DNA of 64,000 nucleotides. Origin: Chrysomallon squamiferum. Taxonomy: Eukaryota > Animalia > Mollusca. The notes beneath the pieces were generated by a model, which saw only the letters and a program-made list of their open reading frames with translations, was not told the DNA's origin and made no database searches. The stretch covers positions 12,028,001 to 12,092,000 of the forward strand of contig CM022671.1 of assembly GCA_012295275.1 (NCBI GenBank), read 5' to 3'. Below are positions 45,901 to 59,628 of this stretch, in pieces. Position numbers and translations under genes: made by a program. Within the stretch, counting starts at the first letter, position 1. The number at the start of each line of letters is the position of its first letter.

Positions 45901-48900
45901 TTCACCATTGTGTTCATACTTGGGAATGGGCTAAAAAAGATGACAAAGACAAAAAGATGACAAATAATAATAATATCCACTAGATATTAGAATTCCAAAT
46001 ATTTCTACATTTATTTGTATATTTCGTATCATCAGCAAACATCTGAATTTAATGTGTGACTTTAACTAGGAATTATTTTTGATCTAAATTTTTACTCACA
46101 GCCCATTCAATGATGAGAAAACCAGTTGTGTTAGCTATTTTTCTTATCTTTCTTGGATTTCTATATGGTCTTGTCATTGGTGTGACACATTTTGTTTCGG
46201 ATGGGGCACTGTATTTGCCCCGCCCAAGATCACTGACAGCTGCCACTCTAAAGGTATATTCTGTCCAAGGAGCCAATCGTATTGCAGCTACTTTTTTGTG
46301 GTGTGGTGTCTCAGCAGCCAACACCCACTTGCCTGGCCTGTGATCACTCATGTACTGCACTGTGAAATTAGTTACAGGAGAAAAGTTTTCAAGTGATTTG
46401 TCAAACTTCCAGCTGATGTCAGCTCTTCCCGCTCTGCAGCGAACGATCTGAACATCGTACGGGGCACCTGGGGGGCCTGCAAACACAATGAAAATTCAAC
46501 TGACTTGAAAGATGAATTGGAAAACTGATAAAAAGAATGGATGAAAAGACAAATATATATATTTTTTAAAGTCAAGTACAGAATCACTGTTGTGAAAATG
46601 ATTTTGTGGAGGAGGAAACAGGTTAGCACCTTTCCACTGGCTACAGTTGCTTATTAGGAATCATTTTCATAAGCTTCCCCAGACAAGAAAACATACACTA
46701 AGGACTTTTGTTTAGCTTGCCATAGTGTTTGAATAAATGAATATGATAATATAAACATCACCAGTCTTTGTGCCAGTTATATTTGATAGTGAGTTGATAA
46801 TGATAATTAATTACATCTATCTTATAAAACCTAAAAACATAAAGAATAAAAATGATCAAAAATTTGTTGTTTTGAAAGAAAATTATGCTATAAATAAGAA
46901 CTTATAAATGATTTATAATAAATTTTTTGAAGCAATGAAAGACTTTTAGAAACATTTTAGAATACAGAAATGATAATTAAGAAATTTTTTGTAGTAAAAA
47001 ATGATTTTTCTATTGACCTCTAACTTTCAGCTGTGCTGTTGCTTGTGCCATGTCAACAGATGATGTTGCAATGCAGGTGTATAAACCTTGGTCATCAACT
47101 TCAACATTCTGTATGATGAGAGAATCGGCAGTCACAGAAAGTCTACCTCCAAACTCTTCATCATCCACAGTCTGGTTGTTCTTCATCCAGGTTATGTTCA
47201 GGTTCATCTGCTCTCGGTAATCTGTGACAGCCTCACAGTGAAAACTAACTTCCTCTCCATTGGTTACAGATTTGCTCACTGGTGGTACAATTATTCTTGT
47301 CTTTTCTAATGAAAAATAATTAAAAATAAATAAAATAAACAAACAAACTATCAAACAAAGTAAAATAATTGAAAGAATTTGAAAATCTTACATTACATTT
47401 TTATAGACATAACAATAATAAGGCTTTAGAGTTAAAATTAATTATAATTACAAATATATCAGTGTTTTAGTACCTGTATGAGTATTTAGTTTTTCTTTCT
47501 TTCTGTTTTATTTGCTTTCTTATTTATTTTTATTATTATTTTCTTTCTTTTTCAGATTGATGTCTAACAAATCACAAAGAATTTACCTTGCACTATCACC
47601 TTGACCTTTATTTCATCTCTACCAAATTTGTTTGTGGCAACACACGAGTAGGATCCTTCATCTACTACATCAGCATCCTGCAGCAGTCACAACAATTACA
47701 TTTATTAATTACGTGAGTTTGTGTGTATGTTACAAACACTGTTGGAAAAAATTACAAAAAGCTGAGAGGAGACCCAGTGAGTCAAAAACAACAAGATAAT
47801 AATAATAACAGTAACAGTAATAGTAATAATAATAACAACATGTAACTAAAGAAATTTGAAAAATAATTAATAGATTTTTTAAAAATATAAAAATAGTCAT
47901 GCATAATATCTAAAAGATTAGTACACATGCAACATAGTGTCAGCATAAACTTTTTAAAATGAATTTTACACAATAATTATCTTCCAACTACTGTAAAAGG
48001 ATTGGACAACATTTCCCATATCTTTATGTATTTATTCACTGTTTGAAATTCTTACCTCGAAATAGAGGTCACCATTGTCAGAAAGAGAGAAGCGACTGCC
48101 TTGTTTGATGATTGCACCATTCTTCAGCCAGGACTTCTGTGGGCGAGGGCTTCCTCTTGCTTCACATGGGAGTCTCACAGATTTTCCTCTCAGAACTTTG
48201 ACTGTGGACTCAGGTCCCTCGTCAACAGCAGGTGGCTCAGCTAACAGTTTCAAACAGATTGTTAACAGCTGATTTACATTGTTTTGGGTGTTCAGTATTA
48301 TTTTAAACATATCACAGCAATGTGTTAAAATTATTTTTAGGAAATTCAGTACTTGAACTGTACTATGAAAAGTATAAGTTACAAATTTTAATATACAAAT
48401 ATAATTATTATGGATGAACAGCAAAAATGTAAACTGATCTCAGATGCACTTCACAGAAAGTTTGAAATTAAATGATAATAGTAGAAAAATATCAGTTGTG
48501 AATTCAGGAGCAGAAAAGTGTCAGCCCATTAAATGTGAACTCAGTGTTATGTTAAAATATATGTTGAACTATAATGCAGCAAAGTGTGAAGTGTCTTATA
48601 GTAAAGATTTAAAAAGACTCACCCTGAACACGGAGAGAGAAGTCAGCCCATGCAAAACCAAAATCATTGGAGGCATTACACTGGAAGACTGCAGTGTTGA
48701 GGTCATCAACGTCAGTAAAAAAGAGAGCATCATCAAGAAATTCTACATTCTTATACAGCACATCTGTTTCTTCAAACAAAACAAAAAATACTGTAACACC
48801 AGCTCTCTGTAACATATTGTTTCATTCTGGTAAACTTTAACAAAGTCCTAATAGGTAAAATAGCAAACTTTATTTTTATTTAACCACAAAATATGTTACT

Positions 48901-49442
48901 TACACGGGTACAAGACGGTTTATCAGCTTTCAAGAAAACTGGAATTAGAAGTATATTAATTGTTCTTTAACTTTTGTTATTTATTTTATACTTTAAATAA
49001 TGGGGAAAAACAACAGAATATGTGGTCATATGATCAAACTCCATTTGCAAACTATAAAATAACCCTTTTATTTTTAATTAATTGATATAAAAACATGTTT
49101 TGGTTTTCTCTTTTTATTTTATTTTTTTTCTTTGTTTGAATCCTGTATGCAGCCTGTGAAATAACAATGTAAAAGGTATAATTAAGGTGTGAAACTTATC
49201 TTCATTAGTCAGTTAGTAAAAGTTACCTTCAATGGGTATTCCATTTACAAACCAGCTGATGACAGGTTCAGGAATTCCGTCACTTTTACAGGTTAATGTG
49301 ACATCTTCTTCTGCATCTACTGTAATACTTTGTGGTTCTGATATCCAGTATGGCTTTTCTGAAAAAAAAAAAAAAATAAAAAAAATAATATAAAATGAAA
49401 AAAAATCTTTTGTGCTGAAGAGGGCAGTAATAATAATAATAA

Positions 49443-49510
<68 letters not shown>

Positions 49511-49561
49511 AATAATAATAATAATAATGACAATAATAATAATAATAATAATAACAATAAC

Positions 49562-49605
<44 letters not shown>

Positions 49606-51155
49606 TAATAATAATAATAATAATAGTGATAACAATACTTTTGATGATGTTGATGAAAGAAGGATTTTAGGGGTGGGCAGATCTGATTTACTAATATCCA
49701 AAGTTATAAAACATATTCTACAAATATTTATACTTATTCTTTCATTGGTTATTTTTGGAAACTTTAAAAAGTAATTTTATAAATAATATTTGTTTACAAA
49801 TATGTACATATGAAATTGAATTTGGCTTACGAATTGCTGAGACATTGAAAATTCCTAAGACGCCATCAGACATGCCATTGTTTCCGATACACTGGTATCG
49901 TCCAATCTCTGTCGCTTGTAACTCGAGAATTGTCAGCTCAAACGAGTCGTCACTAATTTCGTACCCTCCAGAGCTGGAGATCTCCACATCATTGTGAGTC
50001 CACGTCACTCTTGGAACTGGACTGAAATGTTGTTGTCTAAATTATTACAGACATTATTATGAAGCATATTACTGGTAGAATGACTGTTTTAAAGAAATTA
50101 GGACCATTCTTTCTTTGTGCATTCTTTGAGCCAGTTCTACTTCCAACCAACGAATGTGTGTACTTTTATTATTATTATTAATATTATTATTGTTGTTGTT
50201 GTTGTTGTTGTTGTTCCTTTATTTAATTTTTTATTTTAATTTTTAATTTTTTTTTTTTTTATCATTTTGTGTACATTGGAATAACATTAGCCATATACCA
50301 CTTAAAACAAAATATAAATATTAAATTTATAAAATAAAGTTTAAAATAATAATATGTACTCACTTTCCCCCCATGATGCACTTTAGTTTCACAGCATCAT
50401 ACATAAATGCTTGAACCTGAGTTTGTGACTTCCAGAGAAGTTCAGTTGATCTCAACTCTGGATATTCTGTTTAATGTCATAAAGCATCACAGTTTTATAA
50501 TTTAGCAGTTTATTGATAAAAATACTGTTATGTTGTGTTTTACAGGAATTGAAATATGACAACTGACAAATCAAAAGTGAGCTGAGAGTTAAAAAGAACA
50601 AAACAATGACAAACATACATAACAGGTAAAGTTTTGGAGATCTGTCCTGCACCATAAACCAAATACAACTTACTAAATGACACGGTGTCTGTGTCTGCGT
50701 AGAGAAAAGCTCAACTTTTAATTGACAATTGCAGACTGAATGATTTTGGTAAACATTTCATTTTAAGCTATAATTCTGTAATTCCTCAAGAAAAGTACAT
50801 TTGAAAAAACTTTATTAACACATTAAAAAGGAGAGACAGAAAGTGTAAAACAGTGTAAAAAGCTGTGATACAAATATCTCACCTCCAGTGAAGAGTAATG
50901 TCTGAACTGATCCTGTAATCGTGGACTGCAGAACTTCATTTGTCACTGAGCAAACAAACCAGCCCAGTGAATCCTCGGGTCTTGTTGTCAAAATGTACAA
51001 GTTTCCTGACATCACAATGAAAAACAATAATTTTACCATTAAACATATTCTGCAATTTAACAGAGCTTTGTTTCTTGCCTAGGATACTTATTATTATTAA
51101 TGAACTGTTACATAAATACGTTTTGGTTTTCTCTTTTTATTTTGTATTTATATCT

Positions 51156-51211
<56 letters not shown>

Positions 51212-52455
51212 GATGTGAGATTACTAGGTCCTCTATTCTGACAAATTTTTCATTTTCTTCCCTTAAGTCCAGACTCACCTTCATAATCTAAATTTGTCCT
51301 TTCAGAACTGTCTAAGTCATTTCCCAAGAAATTACCATATCCGAATGTTGTTTCTGTTCCATCATCATTGTGCCTTGTCCATAAGACTTTGCCTTTTGGC
51401 TGACTTTCAGCAGAAACACAGGGAAGCTTGGCAGCATGTCCCAGGCGAACATGAACAGTTTCATCATGTTCACTCTCTCGAGTAGCCAGGAGGACAGCTT
51501 CTCTCACATCAACGTATGATGACAGCGACACCCCAAACACATTCTCTGCACGACACTGGAAGTTTCCCACATAGTCAGGTGTAATGGAATGAAATATCAA
51601 ACTGCCGGATTCAGATAAAGTGACAGATGTCTGACTGTCGATGTCCAGTGGTCTTCTGTTGAAAAGCCACGATATTCTGTAAATAAATAAGGGTCATAAA
51701 AAGCTGCGACTTCATACAGTGTCACGATTTTGCATGGAAATGTGAATATTTCACATCAGCCACGTTGTTATTTTATGAATAATGAAATGAAAGAAGAATT
51801 ACGTATAAAAAATGTGAGTGGAAAGGTTGACTAATGGTCTGATGATGATATGTTGGTCTATTTACATTACAGAGATATGTGTACATCGGAGGTTTTTGGA
51901 GAAAAAAAATCACCCTTTCAAAAAATATATTAATTACTTTAGAAATTATTTGTAAGAAAGTCTCTTTTTTATTATATTTTATTTATAACAATTAATTTGT
52001 CATAATAACTATATATAGAAATGAACAGCGTATGTCTTAGGATCTGTGTGACAAAGGTTTGTGATCTGTGATACACACTTTGGCAATGGTTTCCCAGTAG
52101 CCGTACAGTTCAGTATAAACTCTTCTCCAGGAACAAAATAAACAGGTTCCTCTATGTCCACGTCAGCTTTTGGTGGTTCTGCAATGTAATAACAGATTTA
52201 AACATTCATAATTAAAATGAATGCATTTTTTTCAAAAACATTTTAAATTTGAAAATATGATTTAAAAACAGTAACAACTATCATCATTAATATCCAAACA
52301 TGAAAACTACACCGTGTGCTTACACACTGCTAACTTATTTGTATGTTTATTAACATAAATTATTTTTATTAATTTTTAAAAACTGTATATTTACCAGAAA
52401 GTGCTGGTGTTATTCCACAGATTACAACAAACAATACCGCTGCTGATGTTAACAT
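39976..52455 (-). CDS. L1/neuroglian-like Ig-superfamily adhesion molecule: signal peptide, 6 Ig, 5 FN3, mucin stalk, extra Ig, GPI-like hydrophobic tail; frame broken by an 11-bp duplication in exon 20 (stop at 40783-40781)
   Basis: 21 coding exons: 52455-52395 (MLTSAAVLFVVICGITPALS), 52178-52079, 51676-51279, 51005-50883, 50466-50364, 50021-49831, 49358-49227, 48769-48623, 48240-48056, 47677-47587, 47305-47018, 46476-46100, 45930-45699, 45189-45059, 44539-44341, 43923-43801, 43374-43198, 42407-42282, 41720-41544, 41280-40676, 40358-39976. L1-family hallmarks: FQCRAENVFG, KPYWISEPQ..CKSDGIPEPVISWFVNGIPI, TAVFQCNASNDFG, LAPWTEYTFRVAAVSDLGRG, PYRNP, EHNGEGFYY, GYSGEA, NGVLLGYQI. Length is 1445 aa if the duplication is removed and 1286 aa as written. 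Confidence 0.9.
40775..40796. repeat. 11-bp tandem duplication inside a coding exon (frameshift plus premature TAG)
   Basis: GCCTTGCTACA x2 (40775-40785, 40786-40796). The sense strand reads ACT GTA GCA AGG CTG TAG. Confidence 0.93.
44727..45066 (-). repeat. 38-bp minisatellite overlapping the exon 14 splice donor of the adhesion gene
   Basis: Plus-strand unit AACCTGATA(T/C)CTAGTTTTAAACTGTAAGAACAAAGAAT starts at 44828, 44866, 44904, 44942, 44980 and 45018, with a partial unit at 45056 that is the real exon junction. Degenerate units occupy 44727-44827. Confidence 0.95.
46590..46715 (-). mobile_element. Possible degenerate SINE remnant in an intron
   Basis: GAGGAAAC..GGCTAC..TTAG..TTT(C)ATA..CCCAGACAAGA..ACATACAC..GGACTTTTG resembles the reverse complement of the SINE central domain suggested at ~26700. 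Similarity judged by eye only. Confidence 0.25.
49428..49623. repeat. Compound (GAT)n/(AAT)n microsatellite, intronic
   Basis: Seen directly; it explains the poly-L/S, poly-D/N and poly-M/I ORFs. Confidence 0.96.
51160..51210. repeat. (TG)n microsatellite, intronic
   Basis: Seen directly. Confidence 0.95.
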
Positions 52456-52913
52456 TTCAGAGACAGAAATTTCTGAAAATAAATTTATTCTCATTACTGA
52501 TGAATATATATTATAATATTTTTATCCACAGTTCTGACATCGGTTTAAAAAAATATATATATATTTTAAATAAAATAAAAATAAAAATCGTATAAATGCA
52601 GCATCTTTTATTTTATTATTTGATGCTTTTTTTTAATTTTCAGCGTTTGTGCATCTGCCAGTTTACTTTGTCAGTCTTTCTTTCTTTCTGTTTTTGGTGT
52701 TGTTTTTTTTTAATTTTTTTTTTAATAAGCTAAATGCACAATAATTATGAAGATAAAAATAGTTTTATTTAATTCACGTAAAAGTATTTTAACAAATTCT
52801 TGAATAAAATTCTCTATATAAAAACTGTCGACTTTAAAATGTTATTATAACTTCATTTTATGCCATAATATCACACTGAAAGCTTTTTATATTTCATATA
52901 TTCTAATAAAATA

Positions 52914-52957
<44 letters not shown>

Positions 52958-54559
52958 AAAGAAGCTGAAGAAAAGTCTAAATACTCTTCATGGAAATTTG
53001 TTTTATTCGAATCCAGTATAAGGGCGTTATCATTTTCTTAAAATAAATATCGAATTTTGAAAGATAAATCCACAGTGATGACGCCCCCTTTAAATTAGAT
53101 ATTTAAAATGTGTGTCGATCAGGTCTTCACACTCGGCAGTCAGACGTACTTTACTCTCAGTGATCAGTGCATTTCTCACGTGTTTATCAAGCAATCTCAG
53201 AAATACAACCATAATACGGTAACGCCCAGTCTAACACCACTATCAGCTACCATTTAGCCATTATTTATCAAGTAATGTTCATTTCGCCGAGATTGTTTTT
53301 TTTTCTGTATTTTTGACCGCTACATTTATTGAACTGTAATGAAATAACAGCTTTTCAGTTGTTCTTTACTACTGCATATTAACAATTTCACAGTTTTTCG
53401 TTACTTTTCATTATTCATTATTTTATGTTCATTACTCTTCATCCTTTTACTGCAGTTTGAAATGAGCTAATGAGTTTTTAGATCGTTTTCATTATTATTA
53501 TTATTTTATTTTATATGTTAGTTATGTTGAGTTAAACTGTCAGTTTTATTAGATTATTTTCAAATTTAATAATTGATATAATTTAAACTTCACCTCCCCA
53601 TTTTTTCTTTAAATTATTGTCTTCTATTTGTTTCTATACCATTTCTTTTTCCATTTCTTCTTCTTTTTTCTTTTTTTTCTTTTGTAACTTGTGTATCTTC
53701 TGCCAGTCTGAAAACCTACTCCACGTTTAAAATACTTCCAAACTGTAAATCGTTTTGTCACATCATCGTGAAGACTACTTCACGACAGCTGTTCTTACTA
53801 AATTGTTTTTTAAACAGAGCTAGTTCATGTCCATTATCTTTAAAATTATTACTTCACATAACCTTTCAGTGCACTTAATAGACTCTGGGCACACTCTTCA
53901 GTGTTATGGTAAACTGAAGCATTTCTGAAGGTTGAAGTATTGGTAGTCTCTATCTTTAAACTGTAATTTTAATCACATTTATCAGAATAATTTACTATTT
54001 TTCGCATTGTTATATTTAGACCAAACTGATCTTTGTAGATTCTTAAATCTTTTTTCTTTCTTTTTCTCTCATTTCGGTTTTTCCCTTTCACGATTAAATT
54101 AACTTCAGTGACAAAAAATTTCTAAACAGTTTTATATTCACAGTTACAAGGACACAAATTCGTTATTAATTACATAATTTGCCTGTAATAAATGCAGATC
54201 ATTGTACCAAATCTAATATGCTTTGAGGCTTGAGCTTTGGAATGTCTTCACATCTCAGCTGTTCTGACAATCTTGAGTATATCTTTTAAAAATGATATCT
54301 TGCTCGCTCATACAAACAGGTCGAGCGGATATCTCGAGAATTCGCCAGTCGGTAATCAAGATTTACTACGTCGGTTCTGAAAGGGTGTGAAGCGTTTTGT
54401 CTTTGCACGTTTGTTTACAGGAGATCTATTCATCAAACAGGCTTATATAAATAACACAAAAGTACCGACATTGCTATACTGGGCGGGTACTGGACTATCA
54501 GGTTGAAAGGATAGGACTTACTTTTGTTTAATTGGACAGATCTGCCTAGGGAAAAGAAC

Positions 54560-54597
<38 letters not shown>

Positions 54598-56972
54598 TTG
54601 TTTGAGTATGTTTTGCATTTATAAATGAGTCCAGCGAATTTAATAGCATATCGTAGCTTTCAAAGTGTTAGTTTCTGTGTAATATTTATCTTTCCAATTC
54701 TTCTACATTTTTGTTTTAATTTATTTATTTATGAACTACTTCACATTCTTGTTACAGTCTCTAATACATTTGGAAGATATTAATACTTTGTTACAGTCTA
54801 CTAATGCAATATAACACAGTAATACAGTTTAATACATATATGCAACTATTTAACACATCTATAAATTAATTGAGATAGTTATAACTTTGTTATACAAGAA
54901 CAAACACTTAGGTAAATATTTAAGCCTAGAAGCTGGTGTCTAGAAATGAATCAATGATACCGTAAATAACAGTGACGCTTTTTAATATAAGCCTACGTAC
55001 TGATTACGTTACTGGCAGTTTCGATGTGGCTTCTTACATTTTCGGTTCAGTTACTACACAGTCAAAATGTGTCGTATTTACACTTTCACACAAACTGACA
55101 CCTCGTCACGTCTATGCCAATACTTGAGCTGATTTTAAGAAGCTGAAGTAATCATTTCATTTGAACCAGTCTTATTAATAGACCCATTAACAAACAGTGT
55201 CGCATAATACCAATTTAGTTCAGATAAATTAGTGTATGTAACTGCTACAGGTCTTTACATAGATTATCTTTTGTTTTATACTTCATTTTTCTTTCTTTCC
55301 TTTTTGTAATTTTAATTGTTATTATTATTTTTTAATCTTTGTCTTCTTTCTCTATACAAAATGTGTGTGTACATGGGGCTGCTACGGCAAAATTCCACCG
55401 ATAAATCTGGTAAATGTTATAATATAATAAAATAATTAAAAAATACGTGTGCAAACATTCATAAATATGTCAAAGTTTGATCATGTTTTATTTAATTAAT
55501 TTAACAACAACAACAATTACATCGTATTGGTAGTAAAAGCAGTAGAAGTAGTAGCAGCAGCAGCAGCAGCAGCATAGGTAGCAGGTAAAAATACTAGGCT
55601 TAATGACAGGGAATTTAAACGTTCTAGATAAGAAACTGAAACAACAACAACAACAACAACAATAATAATAATGATAATAATAATAACAACAACAACAATA
55701 ATAACAATAATAATAACAATAACAATAATAATAATTAATAAAAACAGTAACAATAATAAAAAGACTTAATAATATTAATAGAAAGGAAATTAATAAGTGT
55801 GCTATAAAAATGTTTAAATAATGACAACCAGCCTGCCAAGCTCTTTTCGTCTGCTACATCTAGAAAGCTAACTTACACAGTTTACCTGCTTTATTTAACA
55901 CGTGTTTTCCGAGCGACGTGAAGCACACTGCTAACATTTTATTATTCAGTAATGAGATTTTTTTACCCCTTCACCTAATTTATATGACTGTACAGATTTG
56001 GTAAGAGAATCAAGATGAAACAAAGCCTGTATGATATTATAATTTATTGTCTGCAGTTTATGTTTGTATGTATGAACAAATGTACATATGAAAGTATGCG
56101 TGGTTTACTCAATAGCCAATTATTATTTTGTGTATTGTTAGATGGCTGCATGGATATGCGTATACAAGTATATGTACGTATGTCTGTACTTATGTATGTA
56201 TGTATGTATGTATGCATGCAAGTACATGTGTGTGAATTTTGTAGGCGTGTGAGTTGCGAGTGGTGTATTTGTGACTGATTCTCTGTATCTATGTGAGTAT
56301 AAAATGAAGTTCCTCTGTTTAACAGATAAATGAATTAAGTTTTAGGAAGCGCTATAAGAAGTTCCGATGTGTGAATGTTATTTCTAACTCCCTCGCAACT
56401 ACAGGTTTAAAACGAAGTCTCGCGCATGTGCACACACTCCTGCTCAGTGTTATCATTTTACACTACTAGGCGCAAGGGGAAAACAAATCTTGTTTTTCTT
56501 TTTTCTTTTCCATTTTTTGTTCTCCCCTTTACTGTAAAATATCTAATAGTTTGTTCTTCTTTAGTTTTGAAAAAGAAGATATTAGAATCAAAGGAGAATA
56601 TCTCTCCTCTCATGAACGAAAGTCTCTAAGAACTAGCAATTATTCAGTAGTAATTTAATCCAGGAACAATGTTTATATCTTTGACAGATCTTGTAAACAA
56701 CGTATTGAAAATTTCTCAGTCTGTTTGTTTTCATGTAAACTAAGTTATGTCATTAAAGTATTTCGTAACGTGATATATTAAACGTGATATAATGGATTTA
56801 ATTGCTGTAGATTATTTGAATTTTACTAATAAGGCTTCGAGAAAATAAAATAAAATAAAAATATTTTTAAAATTTTGTCAATGCCGAAAAACAACAAAAA
56901 AAACAACCGCAAAAACACACACGCACACAAAAGAATTATTGTTGTAGTTGTCGTTATTATTAGTATTATTAT

Positions 56973-57003
<31 letters not shown>

Positions 57004-57726
57004 ACTATCGTTTTGATATTTAGAACATAGATCAAACTATGGTTTATAACACTATCAAAAATACCATAGGCTTAAATTATCTCTTAAATTTCATGATAAG
57101 TTTATAAAAATACATGTAGTTTAAAAATTAGAATAATAATTATCGGAGGTTTATGAACATAATTATAATCAGCAGCATGAATGAACATCCTCGTTTCGGT
57201 ATTAAAATTTCAGACGTGGGGGGGTCGCTATCGACGTCTAGAAATTACTCTTCAAGGGGTAATTATTGTTTAATAATTGTACGTTTGTCGATTTACTTAT
57301 CTTCACTAATTTTATAATGATGAAAAACAGAGCAGGCAAAAAAATAAGGGGAACATGTGCTGTGTTACAACAGTCCCATCATAGCAGTACCAGCGTACAT
57401 GTTATTTATTAAAATTTTAAAACGTAGTTTACAGTATTTTACATCTGAATATAAAAATTAAAAATAAAAAGGAAACAAACAACAAAGATAAATAAATAAA
57501 TAAAATAAATTTAAAAAAATAATAATAATAAAATAATAAAAGCACAAAATTAAAAAAAAAAAAAAAAAAAATTGTAATTTAAAAAAAAACAGACGGTTAA
57601 AACAGTTTCTAAAAAAAATGAACAGTTGAGCAGATGTTTTACCGGTAGACGAGTGAAGCACGTGGACTGATTACTTCACCGTGAACCGTCAAGTTAACAT
57701 TCAGTCTATTTAACTTCTCTTCATCG

Positions 57727-57729
<3 letters not shown>

Positions 57730-57793
<64 letters not shown>

Positions 57794-58435
57794 AATAAAT
57801 CAGTTAATTAAAACAATAATTAATAGTAATAATAAAAAAATAATAACAATAACAATAATTACAAAATTAAATTTAAAAAATATAGTAAAGTAATAAAATG
57901 TACCCATAATTCAGAAACACTGTAGTATAGAGAAGTTCACGATACTTTTAAAGTTTTATATGTGACAATATTTCTAATACATAAAATACTAAAGTGTAAC
58001 AGCATTAAAAACAAAAATTTCACAGCATAGACTATTTACTCAACGAAAACGATCGTTGGACCCATATACAGTTTGCAAACTTGCAGAAAACCATCCAGTC
58101 TGTATCAGGATTAATTTTATACATAAATTAATTTCCTACCACATACAAAACCCATAAGAATTCCTAGATTTCTTGCAACCAACATGTCGTCTTTTATATG
58201 CACATTTCTTAACGTGTACCAAAACAAGCAGCTGCACAATACATGAAAATTTCTACAATCGTCAAACAGAAATGAGTATATAAACAGCATTATTAATGTT
58301 TGTGAAAAGTATACAAAGCTGTTCTTAGACAAACTCGTATATTTTCTAAAATGATAAAACTAATTGAAATGTATTATTAACCAAGATAAATAGGATGTAT
58401 ACTAAAAAATAAAATGCACACGTAAGAGTGCGAGA

Positions 58436-58499
<64 letters not shown>

Positions 58500-59072
58500 A
58501 AATAGCTTCTGATTCTGTCATTTAATTATTAGTTTCTCCAAATTAGCTTTCGCTGTTTTAATGAACATCAGTTTAGATTTTCTGTCACAGTCACCAGCCG
58601 CCTGCAGTTCTGTCAGAGCTATGTCGTATCAGATTTCAGTTCCCAAGCTTCTGAAAGCTTTGAAAATAACTTTTTCACAGCAAGGGGGGGGGAATATTTC
58701 AAACAATGAAATTAGAAATTGCAGTTATTTTATCAAGTAATAAAAATTAAAAATATTAATAATAACAACAATTCTTAAAAGAGAGAAAAGAAAAGAAATG
58801 CTGGAGCGCGTACTTACAGTTTGTTGGAAATAAAACGGTAAACGATATCAAAACGCACGGTCTCCACAGAACAGCAGATAACAAAGTGAGAACTTTCCTG
58901 CTTTTCTCTGTTTATGCCATTTTCGTGGGAAACGTGGGAGGCCCAGCATAGGTTGCTGTTGAAACTAATTAATGTCAGCCCTCGTTCTTACTGCCCGTCC
59001 GACTCTCTCTCGTTCAGCTGAAATTCTTTGTCACAGCTGTGCTCTTATTGAATGATCACTTAAATGTATAAT

Positions 59073-59142
<70 letters not shown>

Positions 59143-59575
59143 CACATCCAGAGAAAACTGTGCAGAAGAAAATACATGCCAGTATATTATTATTATTTTT
59201 AATTATAACTTAATTATTCATAATTTTTATTATTTTTGTAAGTTACTAAATACTGAATTTCTGAACTGATGAATTGTAATATTCTACAGAACTGATATGG
59301 GTGTTTGTCTGTGTCTTTGTGTGTGTGTCTCAATTGGTGTCTGTGTATGTGCATGTTAATAAATTTTATATTTATAACTGCCATTATAAATTTCAGCATA
59401 ATGGCATAGATAATATGGCCCATTTATTTGGCGATGCAGACAAAATAATGATAGTTAGGTAATGTGTTTAATTTTACAGACACCAAAGTTTACGTATAAT
59501 AAGATTGGGATTTCTCAATTATATATTTGCTCTTTTTCAAAAGATATCTCTTAACCTTTTCGTTTCTGAATGTCT

Positions 59576-59625
<50 letters not shown>
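57730..59625. repeat. Cluster of four (GA)n/(TC)n microsatellites
   Basis: (GA)n at ~57730-57790, ~58439-58495 and ~59578-59625; (TC)n at ~59077-59138. They flank the putative 5' exon of the adhesion gene. Confidence 0.93.
58818..58930 (-). other. Putative non-coding 5' exon of the L1-like gene
   Basis: Consensus donor ACT|GTAAGT at 58817 in a locally GC/CpG-richer patch. The signal-peptide exon has an acceptor at 52472, upstream of its ATG, so an upstream exon is expected. Linking it to this donor is inference. Confidence 0.45.

Positions 59626-59628
<3 letters not shown>

Noticed and set aside
49213-49774. Poly-L/S, poly-D/N and poly-M/I ORFs
   Set aside because: Trinucleotide microsatellite read-through; only 49358-49227 is a real exon.
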